Assembly: GCA_963769945.1 (NCBI GenBank)
Contig: CAVYOA010000006.1
Span: 10,040 to 74,039 of the forward strand
DNA: 64,000 bases
Direction of reading: 5' to 3'
Origin: an uncultured Solirubrobacterales bacterium
GTDB lineage: Bacteria; Actinomycetota; Thermoleophilia; Solirubrobacterales; 70-9
Both the position numbers and the translations under genes were made by a program. The notes under the pieces are model-generated. The model had not been told where the DNA came from. It saw only the letters and a list, made by a program, of their open reading frames with translations, and did no database searches. Of the stretch, positions 47,368 to 60,692 are shown piece after piece (the stretch's first letter is position 1; the number at the start of each line of letters is the position of its first letter).

Positions 47368-48135
47368 TCAGTGCTCGATGTCAAAGGCGAAGCGGACCGT
47401 GCCTACGATCACCTCGTCGCCTGGGGAAAGCCGCGAGGAGTCGACCGAACGACCGTTGACCTTGACGCCGTTGGTCGAGCCGAGATCGACGATCTGCCAG
47501 TCGCCCGTGCTGCCGCGCCGCAGTTCGGCATGTCGCCGCGAGACGTTGGGGTCGTTGAGCACGCAGTCGCACTCGCGAGAGCGCCCGAGCACCGCGACGG
47601 GGCCGTCGAGCACGTAGCGGCGGTCATCGAGCGAGACGATTGCCTTGGTCTCGGTCAGGTGGGCCGCTGGTCGGCGCTTTCGCGACTTGGTCTCTTTCGG
47701 CGGCACGCTGTAGACCATGGTGTGGCCCTGCTCGCCTTGCTCGGCAGACTCGCCCTGGCGGGCCGGCGGCTTGACCAGTCGGGTCTGGATGCCGAACTCG
47801 CCCAGCCGCAGGCGCTCGTCGGCTTCGAGATCGACATCGGGGCGCGTCAGCAGCGCGTAGTCGTGCTTTCGCGCGTGCTCGAGCAGGTACGAGGAGAGCT
47901 CCTGCTGGAGTGAGCTCTCGTAGCCCTCAAGTCGTGACTTGTCCTCTGAAGAGAGCCAGACCGTGTACTGGTTGGGCACGTAGACGCGCGAGACCGAGGC
48001 GGTGCGGTGGGCGTCCATCTCCTTGGCGAGCTTGCGGGCGATCTCGACTGGCTGCACCTGCGACGAGAAGGCGCGGCTGAACACCCCTTCAACGAGGCTC
48101 TCGATGCGCTGTTCCAGGTTGCGTAGGACGCTGAT
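47368..48135 (-). CDS. fhaA: FhaA-like protein (DUF3662 N-terminal domain plus C-terminal FHA domain)
   Basis: ORF track 47368..48084 starts at a GTG. The same frame upstream reads ISVLRNLEQRIESLVEG-VFSRAFSSQVQPVEIARKL, the conserved DUF3662 N-terminus, bounded by an in-frame TAG 5 codons above an ATC at 48135. FHA core VLGRSRECDCVLNDPNVSRRHAEL...DLGSTNGVKVNG. Confidence 0.8.
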   Translation of the reverse strand: MSVLRNLEQRIESLVEGVFSRAFSSQVQPVEIARKLAKEMDAHRTASVSRVYVPNQYTVWLSSEDKSRLEGYESSLQQELSSYLLEHARKHDYALLTRPDVDLEADERLRLGEFGIQTRLVKPPARQGESAEQGEQGHTMVYSVPPKETKSRKRRPAAHLTETKAIVSLDDRRYVLDGPVAVLGRSRECDCVLNDPNVSRRHAELRRGSTGDWQIVDLGSTNGVKVNGRSVDSSRLSPGDEVIVGTVRFAFDIEH

Positions 48136-48208
48136 GGCTCCGTCTCTCTATCTGCGGGCAGGGCTTCTACCCGAAGGCTCGGGAAAAGGAAATCCTAGGG
48201 GGTTGGGA

Positions 48209-49759
48209 CTACGCCAGACCGTTTGAGAGGCGCCGATGGCCGAGATCGGGCTCGGGGCGGCTTGCAGGCAGCACGGAGCCTTCAGCGTGGGTGCGCCTGA
48301 CGCCGAACTCGATGCCAACGGCGACCAGCGCCGCGAGCACGACGCCCGCGGGATTCTCGGCCAGGGCACCGTCGCCGACCAGCGAAAGGGAAGCGTCGAC
48401 GCCGGCGGCCCAGATCATCGCTGCCAGCAGGGCGCTGGAGACGTGTCTGAGTGCCAGCAACCAGCCGAGGGCGACGGAGGCGACGGCGAAGACACCGAGT
48501 CCGAGCAACGACGCCGGGGCGACCATCGGCTCGAGGATCGAACGCGATGCGAGGCCCGCATCGTCAACCCAACCGCGGGGCGCCTCGGCGCCGAGCCCGA
48601 GATCGGGACCGAGTCCGAAACCGAGTGACGCCGCGACCAGGCAGACCCAGGCGCCGGCGCCGAGCGCGGCCCTGGCAACGGGCGAGGGGCCCCAGGCGCC
48701 GAGCGCCGCTGCGGCGCCGGGCAGGCCCAGGGCGAGGACCGGCGCGGCTGCCAGGGGGACCAGGGAGCTGAAGACAGCGCCGGCGATCAGACAGGGAATG
48801 AAGAGCGCGCCGAGTACCAGCGCGAGGCCTCCGGCTGATGACGGCCCAGCGATCAAGAAGAGGGCCGCGGCGACGCAGGCGAACGTTGCGATTCGCGCGA
48901 GACCGAGCGACTTCCAGGCGCCGGCCGCTTCGCGGTCGTCGGCGCCCGCAGGAGCGGGCAGGGAATGTCGGTCGTCGAGCCAGCCGAGCTCAGCCTCGAG
49001 GCACTCGCTGAGCTCGAGCGGTGTCGGGCGCATCTCGGGCTCGGGCGCGAGGCAGGCGTCGATGGTGTCGGCAAGATCCTCCGGAAGGTCGGGGCGGGCC
49101 GAGCGCAGCGACGGGGCGCCGAGGCCGATCCGGCGCGCAGTCTCTGCCGGCGAGCGGCCGGCGACCGGGTTCAACCCCGACCAGCACTCATAAGCGGTGA
49201 GAGCAAGCGAGTAGACGTCGGTCGGCGGTCCCGCGAGCTCGCCCTCAGCCTGCTCGGGTGACATGTAGGCGAGCGTGCCGACGACGTCGCCGGCGGCGGT
49301 CAGCGTGGGCGTTCCCGCGATCCGCGCGATACCGAAATCCATCAGCTTGGCGCGTCGGCCGCCCCCTGCGACCTCGCTGACGATCACGTTCTCCGGCTTG
49401 ATGTCACGATGAACGACGCCGCGGTGATGAGCGTGAGCCAAGGCCTCACAGAGGTCGCAGGTGATCTCGGCGACGTCGCGGTCGCACAGCAGTCCCTCTG
49501 CGTGCGCTTGCGAGAGATCAATCCCTGGCACCAGCTCCGAAACGAGGATTGCGCGGCCGTTGTGCTCGCCGAGCTCGTACAGAGTCACGATCGCGGGGTG
49601 GTTGAGCCGCGCCGCGGCCTGCGCCTCACGGAGGACCCGGCCGGGCTCGGCGGTGACCTCCTTGACCGCGACGTCACGCTGCAGGCGCTCGTCGAACGCT
49701 CTGAAGACTGTTCCCATGCCGCCGGAGCCGATTCGCTCCAGAAGCCGAAAACGCTCCAT
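48209..49759 (-). CDS. Ser/Thr protein kinase with polytopic C-terminal membrane domain
   Basis: From the ATG at 49759 (MERFRLLERIGSGGMGTVF). Has AVKEV, HRDIKPEN, DFGIA and SPEQA. The C-terminal 250 aa or so contain at least 6 hydrophobic segments and no PASTA repeats. Confidence 0.8.
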   Translation of the reverse strand: MERFRLLERIGSGGMGTVFRAFDERLQRDVAVKEVTAEPGRVLREAQAAARLNHPAIVTLYELGEHNGRAILVSELVPGIDLSQAHAEGLLCDRDVAEITCDLCEALAHAHHRGVVHRDIKPENVIVSEVAGGGRRAKLMDFGIARIAGTPTLTAAGDVVGTLAYMSPEQAEGELAGPPTDVYSLALTAYECWSGLNPVAGRSPAETARRIGLGAPSLRSARPDLPEDLADTIDACLAPEPEMRPTPLELSECLEAELGWLDDRHSLPAPAGADDREAAGAWKSLGLARIATFACVAAALFLIAGPSSAGGLALVLGALFIPCLIAGAVFSSLVPLAAAPVLALGLPGAAAALGAWGPSPVARAALGAGAWVCLVAASLGFGLGPDLGLGAEAPRGWVDDAGLASRSILEPMVAPASLLGLGVFAVASVALGWLLALRHVSSALLAAMIWAAGVDASLSLVGDGALAENPAGVVLAALVAVGIEFGVRRTHAEGSVLPASRPEPDLGHRRLSNGLA

Positions 49760-49884
49760 TACCAGCTCTTCACCCACCACCCAACGACGTTCGCCGCAGG
49801 CACGATCTCTCCTGCCGAATCTCCCTCCGCAGCAGGCTTCATACTCTGCGCCCCGAACCTGACCCTGGTGAACCCGGAGAGATC

Positions 49885-50956
49885 GTGGCTTTCCTCGACG
49901 ACGACGGACTAGATCCGGCACCGCGGGCCGGTGGCCCGCGGCGACCTGGCTCCGATCGCCAGCGTCAACTGCTGATGCGGCGGATAATCGCGCTTGGCAT
50001 CGGCGTGGTGGTCGTGATCTTGCTCCTGCTCGGGGTCCGAGGCTGCCTCAGCGCCCGCGAGGAGCGAGGCTTCGAGAACTATGTCTCCGACCTGAACTCG
50101 ATCGTCGCCACGTCGAATCAACTCTCGACTGGCTTCTTCTTGCGTCTCGAGGAGCCGCCAAACAACCTCACCGAGCTCAATCTCGAGGCCGAGATCGCCT
50201 CCGACCGCGGCACGGCCGAACAGTTGCTGCAGCGTGTCGAGGGCCTCGACACGCCCGACGATCTCGCTGACGCTCAGCAGGAGCTGGTCCAGGCCTTCGA
50301 GCTGCGACGCGACGCGCTCGAGGGCATTGCCGAAGACATTCCGACGGCGCTCGGCGACGAAGCGCGAGACGACGCGATTGAGCGAATCGCCGAGGACATG
50401 CGCATATTCTTGGCCAGCGATGTGCTCTACGCCCGCGCGCAGAGCCGAGGCCAACACGGTCCTCAGTGAGCAGGAGATAGCCGAGCAGATCGAGGCAAGC
50501 CAGTTCCTCCCGGCCGATGCCGATCGCTGGCTCGACACGCTCGCCCTCTACGGCGTGCTTAACAGCTTCGCCACGGAAACTGGTGCTGTGCAGGGACTTC
50601 ATGGCATCGCATTGATCGCGACGGAGGTCAACAAATCGCCGCTGAGCGTCGACCTCGACAACTCGGTCTCGCTTGGCAACGACGAGCCCGCAATTACGCT
50701 GACGATTGAGAACCAGGGTGAGGAGCAGGAGAACGACGTCAAGGGCGCCTTCACGCTCAGCGGCGGCTCGCAGATCATTGAGGGCGAGGGGACGATCGCC
50801 CAGCTCGACGCCGGCGGCAGCCAGGAGGTGACCATCGCGCTCACGGCCGAACCCGATACCGGCGTTCCGCTGACGCTCGAGGCTCAGGCGGTGCCGGTGC
50901 TGGGTGAGCTCGACGCGACCAACAACGGCGCCACCTACCGGATCACGTTCGAGTAG
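49885..50956 (+). pseudogene. membrane-anchored hypothetical protein with C-terminal CARDB-like beta-sandwich, 1 frameshift
   Basis: ORF 49885..50469 has a TM helix (IIALGIGVVVVILLLL) and a helical region. It continues in ORF 50234..50956 from ...EANTVLSEQEIAEQIEASQFLP, with the shift near 50445. The C-terminus has ITLTIENQGEEQENDVKGAFTLSG...GSQEVTIALTAEP. The span length is 1072 nt. Confidence 0.5.
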
Positions 50957-50973
50957 CGAGCGCTGGTCGCACC

Positions 50974-51837
50974 GTGCGAGTCGCATACCTGGGGCCGGCT
51001 GGGACGTTCAGCGAGGACGCGCTGCGCGCCGCTGCACAAGGCAACGAGTTCGAATGGCTGGCGCACCCCTCGATCCATGCCGCCGTCGTCGCGGTCGAGA
51101 GCGGGGCTGCGGAGCGCGCCCTGGTGCCGCTGGAAAACTCGCGCGAGGGCTCGGTGCGAATGACCCTCGACGCACTGGCGTTCGACGCGCCCAACGTGAT
51201 CATCGCGGGCCAGCACGATCAGGCGATCACGCAGTCCTTGATCGTTCGCGAGCGGCTCGAGCTGGCGGCGATCGAGGCTGTGATCTCTCATCCTCAGGCG
51301 ACGGCGCAATGCGCGAACTTCATCCGCGCGGAGTTGGCCGGGGCAGAGATCCGGGCCGCCACCTCTACGGCCGAGGCAGTGCGCGCGGTGGCAGAGTCGC
51401 CTCGACCGTGGGCTGCGCTCGCCGGCCCGTCGGCCGCTGAGATCTATGGCTGCACGGTCTTGCGCGAGGGCGTCGAGGACGATCCCGGCAACGTCACCCG
51501 ATTCGCCTGGCTGGCGCCGGTGGGCACGGCCGTCGCCGGCGCGGGGCCGTGGAAAACGACAATCAGCTTCTCCGAGCTCGGCGCCGACCATCCCGGAGCG
51601 CTCGTCGATGCCCTGGCGGAGTTCGCCAGCCGCGAGGTGAACCTGGTTCGGATCGAGTCGCGCCCGCTGAGACCCGCCGAGCTCGGCCGCTACATGTTCT
51701 TCGCCGACCTCGAAGGCGCGCACAGCGACAGCGCGGTCGCTGCCGCGATCGAGGGGCTCCGGGCCAAGGCTGAGAACGTGCGCGTGCACGGCAGCTACCC
51801 GGTGACGAGCCACGGCATCCCGGGCCTCGGCGAGTAA
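50974..51837 (+). CDS. pheA: prephenate dehydratase (PDT plus ACT domains)
   Basis: 287-aa intact ORF with a GTG start. Has VAYLGPAGTFSE, TRFAWL, and ACT-domain GALVDALAEFASREVNLVRIESRPL...YMFFADLEG. Confidence 0.9.
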   Translation: MRVAYLGPAGTFSEDALRAAAQGNEFEWLAHPSIHAAVVAVESGAAERALVPLENSREGSVRMTLDALAFDAPNVIIAGQHDQAITQSLIVRERLELAAIEAVISHPQATAQCANFIRAELAGAEIRAATSTAEAVRAVAESPRPWAALAGPSAAEIYGCTVLREGVEDDPGNVTRFAWLAPVGTAVAGAGPWKTTISFSELGADHPGALVDALAEFASREVNLVRIESRPLRPAELGRYMFFADLEGAHSDSAVAAAIEGLRAKAENVRVHGSYPVTSHGIPGLGE

Positions 51838-51871
51838 CGGACTCGGTTCGGCATCTAGACTTCCACGCACA

Positions 51872-52450
51872 ATGGAGGTCGTCGAGGACCCCGAAGTCGT
51901 AATCCGCCCCTCGGGGGTGGTGCGGACGCGCACCACGGGGGGTCGCGTGCTCGTCCTCAACGCCAGCTACGAGCCGATCAACGTCTGCACCGTTCGCAGA
52001 GCGACCGTTCTGCTGCTCAAGTCGCGGGCCGAGATGCTCGAACGCGGCTCGGGCTTGCTTCATTCCGAGCGTTTGGCGCTGGAGCGACCTTGCGTGATCA
52101 GACTGGTGCGCTACGTCCGCGTCCCGCGCGATGTGCACCGGCGAAAGATCACCCGCAAGGCTGTGCTCGCCCGCGATGCCTACACCTGCCAGTACTGCGG
52201 TCGCGAGGCCGCCGCTGGGCTGACCGTCGACCACGTCATTCCCCGCAGCAGGGGCGGTCGGTCGGTGTGGGAAAACATCGTCGCCTCGTGTGCGCCCTGC
52301 AACCGCAAGAAGGGGAGCCGCCTGCCGCGCGAGGCGCGAATGCATCCGGCCACGCGGCCGCGGCCGCCCGGCCCAACCGTCTTCATCCGGATTGCGGCCC
52401 CGCGAGTGCCGATGGCCTGGGAGCCCTATCTCGGCGCAGCGCCGGCGTAG
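51872..52450 (+). CDS. HNH endonuclease family protein
   Basis: 192-aa intact ORF. RDAYTCQYCGR...LTVDHVIPRSRGGRSVWENIVASCAPCNRKKG is the Cys4/HNH nuclease motif. Confidence 0.85.
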   Translation: MEVVEDPEVVIRPSGVVRTRTTGGRVLVLNASYEPINVCTVRRATVLLLKSRAEMLERGSGLLHSERLALERPCVIRLVRYVRVPRDVHRRKITRKAVLARDAYTCQYCGREAAAGLTVDHVIPRSRGGRSVWENIVASCAPCNRKKGSRLPREARMHPATRPRPPGPTVFIRIAAPRVPMAWEPYLGAAPA

Positions 52451-52463
52451 GACCCGGAAAACA

Positions 52464-52493
52464 GAAGGGCCGCCCCCGTAGGAGCGGCCCTTC
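52464..52493. terminator. bidirectional stem-loop between convergent HNH and gyrA genes
   Basis: GAAGGGCCGC (52464-52473), a 10-nt loop, then GCGGCCCTTC (52484-52493), a perfect 10-bp stem 14 nt after the HNH stop. Confidence 0.5.
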
Positions 52494-52752
52494 CAAGGTG
52501 CGATTGTCAAACGAGCTTCGGGTTCTGATGACCGGGCGGGACGGGTCCCGGTCGCCTCGGCTCGCCGGTGCCTGGGGTTGGATTGCGCCAGGCGGCTCGC
52601 ACGATGCTCGTCCTCATGGCGGTCACCCGCCTATGGAAACGGAGCGGCCGACTAGCGGCCCCGCACCTCCAGCGTCCCGGAAAAACTGTCACTCAACTTA
52701 GGACCACCTCCTTTCTCTGGTGAGGTGATTGAAGCAAACGCGAAGGTCGCGC

Positions 52753-57784
<5,032 letters not shown>

Positions 57785-57938
57785 TCATGAGAAACCCCGC
57801 TCCACCGACGCGGCCAGAAATGGATTCTCGGGCCATGCTCGGACGGATCGGGGTTGGCGGTCCGACTTCACATAAGGATACCAGGGTCGGCGGCGTCAGA
57901 GCCTCTTGAGAAGCTACAAAAGCCCTGCAAATCGCGCA

Positions 57939-58256
57939 CTATTGTGTGGCGACATCGTGACTTTCACCGACGACGAAGCGAAGTCGCTCAATCTCGGTCG
58001 TCGCCAGCGCTCGATTGAGCTGCTCACGCAGCTCATCCTGAAGCAGATCGAGCTCCTGCGCCCAGGTCGCGGCGCTGCAGGCGACTGTGACGATGCCGTC
58101 ACGTTCGCGCACCGGCTCGGCGTGAGTTGCGATGCGCTCGCCGAGCGCGTCGGCCCAGATCGCCTGGATCGCGCCGAGCGGAGTCTGGGGAGTCGACTCC
58201 ACCCGCACAGCTCGAACCAAGGCGCCCAGCGGCCGCGGCTGCGAACGCGAGCTCAT
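57939..58256 (-). CDS. DUF721 (DciA-like) protein
   Basis: 105-aa intact ORF in the canonical slot between recF and gyrB. LGAIQAIWADALGERIATHAEPVRERDGIVTVACSAATWAQELDLLQDEL matches the DUF721 pattern. ATGA overlap with recF. Confidence 0.75.
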   Translation of the reverse strand: MSSRSQPRPLGALVRAVRVESTPQTPLGAIQAIWADALGERIATHAEPVRERDGIVTVACSAATWAQELDLLQDELREQLNRALATTEIERLRFVVGESHDVATQ

Positions 58257-59356
58257 GCGGCTTCGGACTCCGGGGCCGCGCTCAGCGCATGGCCGTCACG
58301 CACGGCGATGTCGCGACGACGTTCGAGCGAGGGGAGGTGGTCGGGCTCGGTCGCGGTCACGATCGCTTGCCCTCCGCCTTGGAGGTGTTCGACCAGCAGC
58401 CCGCGGCGCTGCGCGTCGAGCTCAGACGTGACATCGTCGAGCAGCATCAGCGGCAGCGGGCGGCCATCGTCGATCAGCACCCGGCGCTCGGCGAACAACA
58501 GCGCCAGCAACGCGGTCCTCTGCTGGCCTTGGGAGCCGTAACGGCGGATCGACCTGCGATCGCGCTCGAACGCAAGCTCGTCCAGATGGGGGCCATGGCC
58601 GGTATATCCACGCGAGAGATCGCTTTCACGCCGCTCGGCGATCTCGAGCGCCAGCGCGACCGGATCGCTCGCCTCGCTGCGGGGCCTGTAGGCGACCGAG
58701 GCGCTACCGAGGCCGAGCGAGCCGGCGGCGGCGCTGAAGGGATCCGATAGTCGAGCGACCGCATCGCGGCGCAGCGCGATCAGCTCGACTCCAGCTTCGC
58801 CGAGCTCCGTCTCCCATGCATCGAGGGTCGACTGTCCGGCGACCCCAGAGCGAATACGGCCGAGGAGAGCGTTTCGCTGTGCCAATGCACGCGAGTAGCG
58901 GCGGCGGATGTCGTCGCGCGAGGGCCACAGCGCACCGCAGAAGCCATCGAGGTGAGCGCGGCGTTCGGACGGGGGGCCCTTGACCAAGCTGAGCCGATCT
59001 GGCATGAAAACCGAGAGTGCCGGGCGCAGGCGAGAGCTCTCGGCGCTCGCCGCCGTCCCGTCGATCAGATGGCGGCGCCCATCGGCGCGGCTGATCGAGG
59101 TGAGAAAGATCCGGTGGCGATCGGCGCCGGCGCCGACTCGGGCCTCGGTGCGACACAGCGATTTGCCGAAGGCGATCGCCTCACGATCGTCACGCGTGCG
59201 GCACGAGCGCCCCGCCAGCGCCATATACGTCGCCTCGAGCAGATTCGTCTTGCCGGCCCCATTCGCCCCCCAGAGCAAGTTCAGCCCGGGCCCGAGCGAC
59301 ACCTCACCATCCGCGAGGTTGCGGAAACTGAGAACCCTTACGGACTCAACGATCAC
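58253..59356 (-). CDS. recF: DNA replication/repair protein RecF
   Basis: From the GTG at 59356 (VIVESVRVLSFRNL). Walker A GANGAGKTNLLEA, signature-like SQGQQRT, Walker B LMLLDDV. Confidence 0.9.
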   Translation of the reverse strand: MIVESVRVLSFRNLADGEVSLGPGLNLLWGANGAGKTNLLEATYMALAGRSCRTRDDREAIAFGKSLCRTEARVGAGADRHRIFLTSISRADGRRHLIDGTAASAESSRLRPALSVFMPDRLSLVKGPPSERRAHLDGFCGALWPSRDDIRRRYSRALAQRNALLGRIRSGVAGQSTLDAWETELGEAGVELIALRRDAVARLSDPFSAAAGSLGLGSASVAYRPRSEASDPVALALEIAERRESDLSRGYTGHGPHLDELAFERDRRSIRRYGSQGQQRTALLALLFAERRVLIDDGRPLPLMLLDDVTSELDAQRRGLLVEHLQGGGQAIVTATEPDHLPSLERRRDIAVRDGHALSAAPESEAA

Positions 59357-59476
59357 GGATCCGCACCTGAACGTCTGGGGCGAGATCCAGACGGCGCCAG
59401 GCAAGGACGCAGGGAGCGTGGCGTGCTCTGCACGCGAGCGACCGAGGACGCAGCCTGGTGTCGTCTGGACCCGCCA

Positions 59477-60586
59477 TCAGACGTTCAGGCGGATTGGCAT
59501 GACGAGATATGAAAAGTCATCTCCATCCACCGGGCGCAGGAGCCCCGGGCGCAGCGGCGACGAGAACTGGATCGAGACCTCGTCGGTGGCGACGCTCTCA
59601 ACCCCCTCGACCAGGTACTGCGGGTTGAAGGCGATCTCAAGCGGTTCGCCGGAGTAGGGCGCCGGCATGCCTTCCGCTGCATCGCCGATGTCGGGTGTCT
59701 CGGCGGCCACGGTCAGCTCGCCCTCCGCAAAGGCGAGGCGAAGCGGGGCATTGCGTTGGGCCAGCTGGCTGATCCTGCGGGTGATCTCGAGCAGCTCCTC
59801 CCTCGGCAGCCGCACCTCGTGCTCGAAGGATTCGGGGATCAGCTGGCGCCAGCTCGGGAACTGACCGTCGATCAGACGCGACGAGAGCAACACGCCGGCG
59901 GTGTTGAAGACAGCCTGATTTCGCTGCAGCGCAATCTCGACGTCTTCCGAGCCTTCGGCGGCGATGATCCTGGCGAGCTCGCGCAGCGCCCGGGCCGGAA
60001 CATTGGCGTCGAGGGCTTGGGTGACTGGCGATTCGAGCTCGGTGTGCTTGACGCTGAGCCGGTAGGAGTCGGTGGCGACCATCGTCAAGCGGGTGCCGTC
60101 CGCCTGCACCAGCGCTCCGGTGAGGATCGGGCGAACCTCGTCGCGCGACGCGGCGCGGGCAACGAGGTCGATCGTCGCCGCCAGTGGCCCGGCCGGTAAG
60201 CGGACGGTCTCACCTTCGAGCTCGGGCAGGCGTGGAAAGTCTTCCGCCGCGAGGGTGCGCAAGTGAAACCGCGCCCCGCCCGCCGAGATCTCGACATCAC
60301 GCTGCTCGCCGCGGAGCTCGAGCGAGACCTCCCCCGGCGGCAAGCTGCGAACGACATCGGCGAGCAGCCTCCCGGGCAACAGCACGGAGCCTTCCTGCTC
60401 AGCCTTGGCGTCGGTGAGGCTGCGCGTCAGCGACAGCTCCATGTCCGTCGCGCGCAAGATCAGCTCGCCGTCGCCGGCCTTGAGCAGGATGCCGCCGAGC
60501 GAAGGCAGGGTGCCGCGGGTCGAAACCGCCCGCCCAACGAGCTGCAGGGCGCTTGAAAGTGAATCTCGTGGAACCGAAAGCTTCAT
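59477..60586 (-). CDS. dnaN: DNA polymerase III beta sliding clamp
   Basis: 369-aa intact ORF. MKLSVPRDSLSSALQLVGRAVSTRGTLPSLGGILL and the three-domain clamp pattern. It occupies the conserved position after dnaA. Confidence 0.95.
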   Translation of the reverse strand: MKLSVPRDSLSSALQLVGRAVSTRGTLPSLGGILLKAGDGELILRATDMELSLTRSLTDAKAEQEGSVLLPGRLLADVVRSLPPGEVSLELRGEQRDVEISAGGARFHLRTLAAEDFPRLPELEGETVRLPAGPLAATIDLVARAASRDEVRPILTGALVQADGTRLTMVATDSYRLSVKHTELESPVTQALDANVPARALRELARIIAAEGSEDVEIALQRNQAVFNTAGVLLSSRLIDGQFPSWRQLIPESFEHEVRLPREELLEITRRISQLAQRNAPLRLAFAEGELTVAAETPDIGDAAEGMPAPYSGEPLEIAFNPQYLVEGVESVATDEVSIQFSSPLRPGLLRPVDGDDFSYLVMPIRLNV

Positions 60587-60612
60587 AGAGGACCAATCAT
60601 CTTCCTACTTGG

Positions 60613-60692
60613 ATCAGATGTATCTGATGCGTTGACAGTTGTGGATGGCGATCGCATCTTGGCTTGCGCACTGGCGATAGGCCTGTGGATCA
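60613..60692. promoter_or_regulatory. DnaA-box cluster and AT-richer patch in the dnaA-dnaN spacer (candidate oriC element)
   Basis: TGTGGATGG (60640-60648) and TGTGGATCA (60684-60692) match the complement of TTATCCACA at 7/9 positions. The inverted repeat ATCAGAT-gt-ATCTGAT lies at 60613-60628. Two further CCTGTGG(A/G)T copies lie inside the dnaA 3' end at about 60724-60734 and 60777-60787. Confidence 0.4.

Noticed and set aside
52705-52716. Plus-strand CACCTCCTTTCT, identical to the 3' end of 16S rRNA.
   Set aside because: No other 16S sequence precedes it. It is simply the complement of a strong Shine-Dalgarno on the minus strand (see finding).
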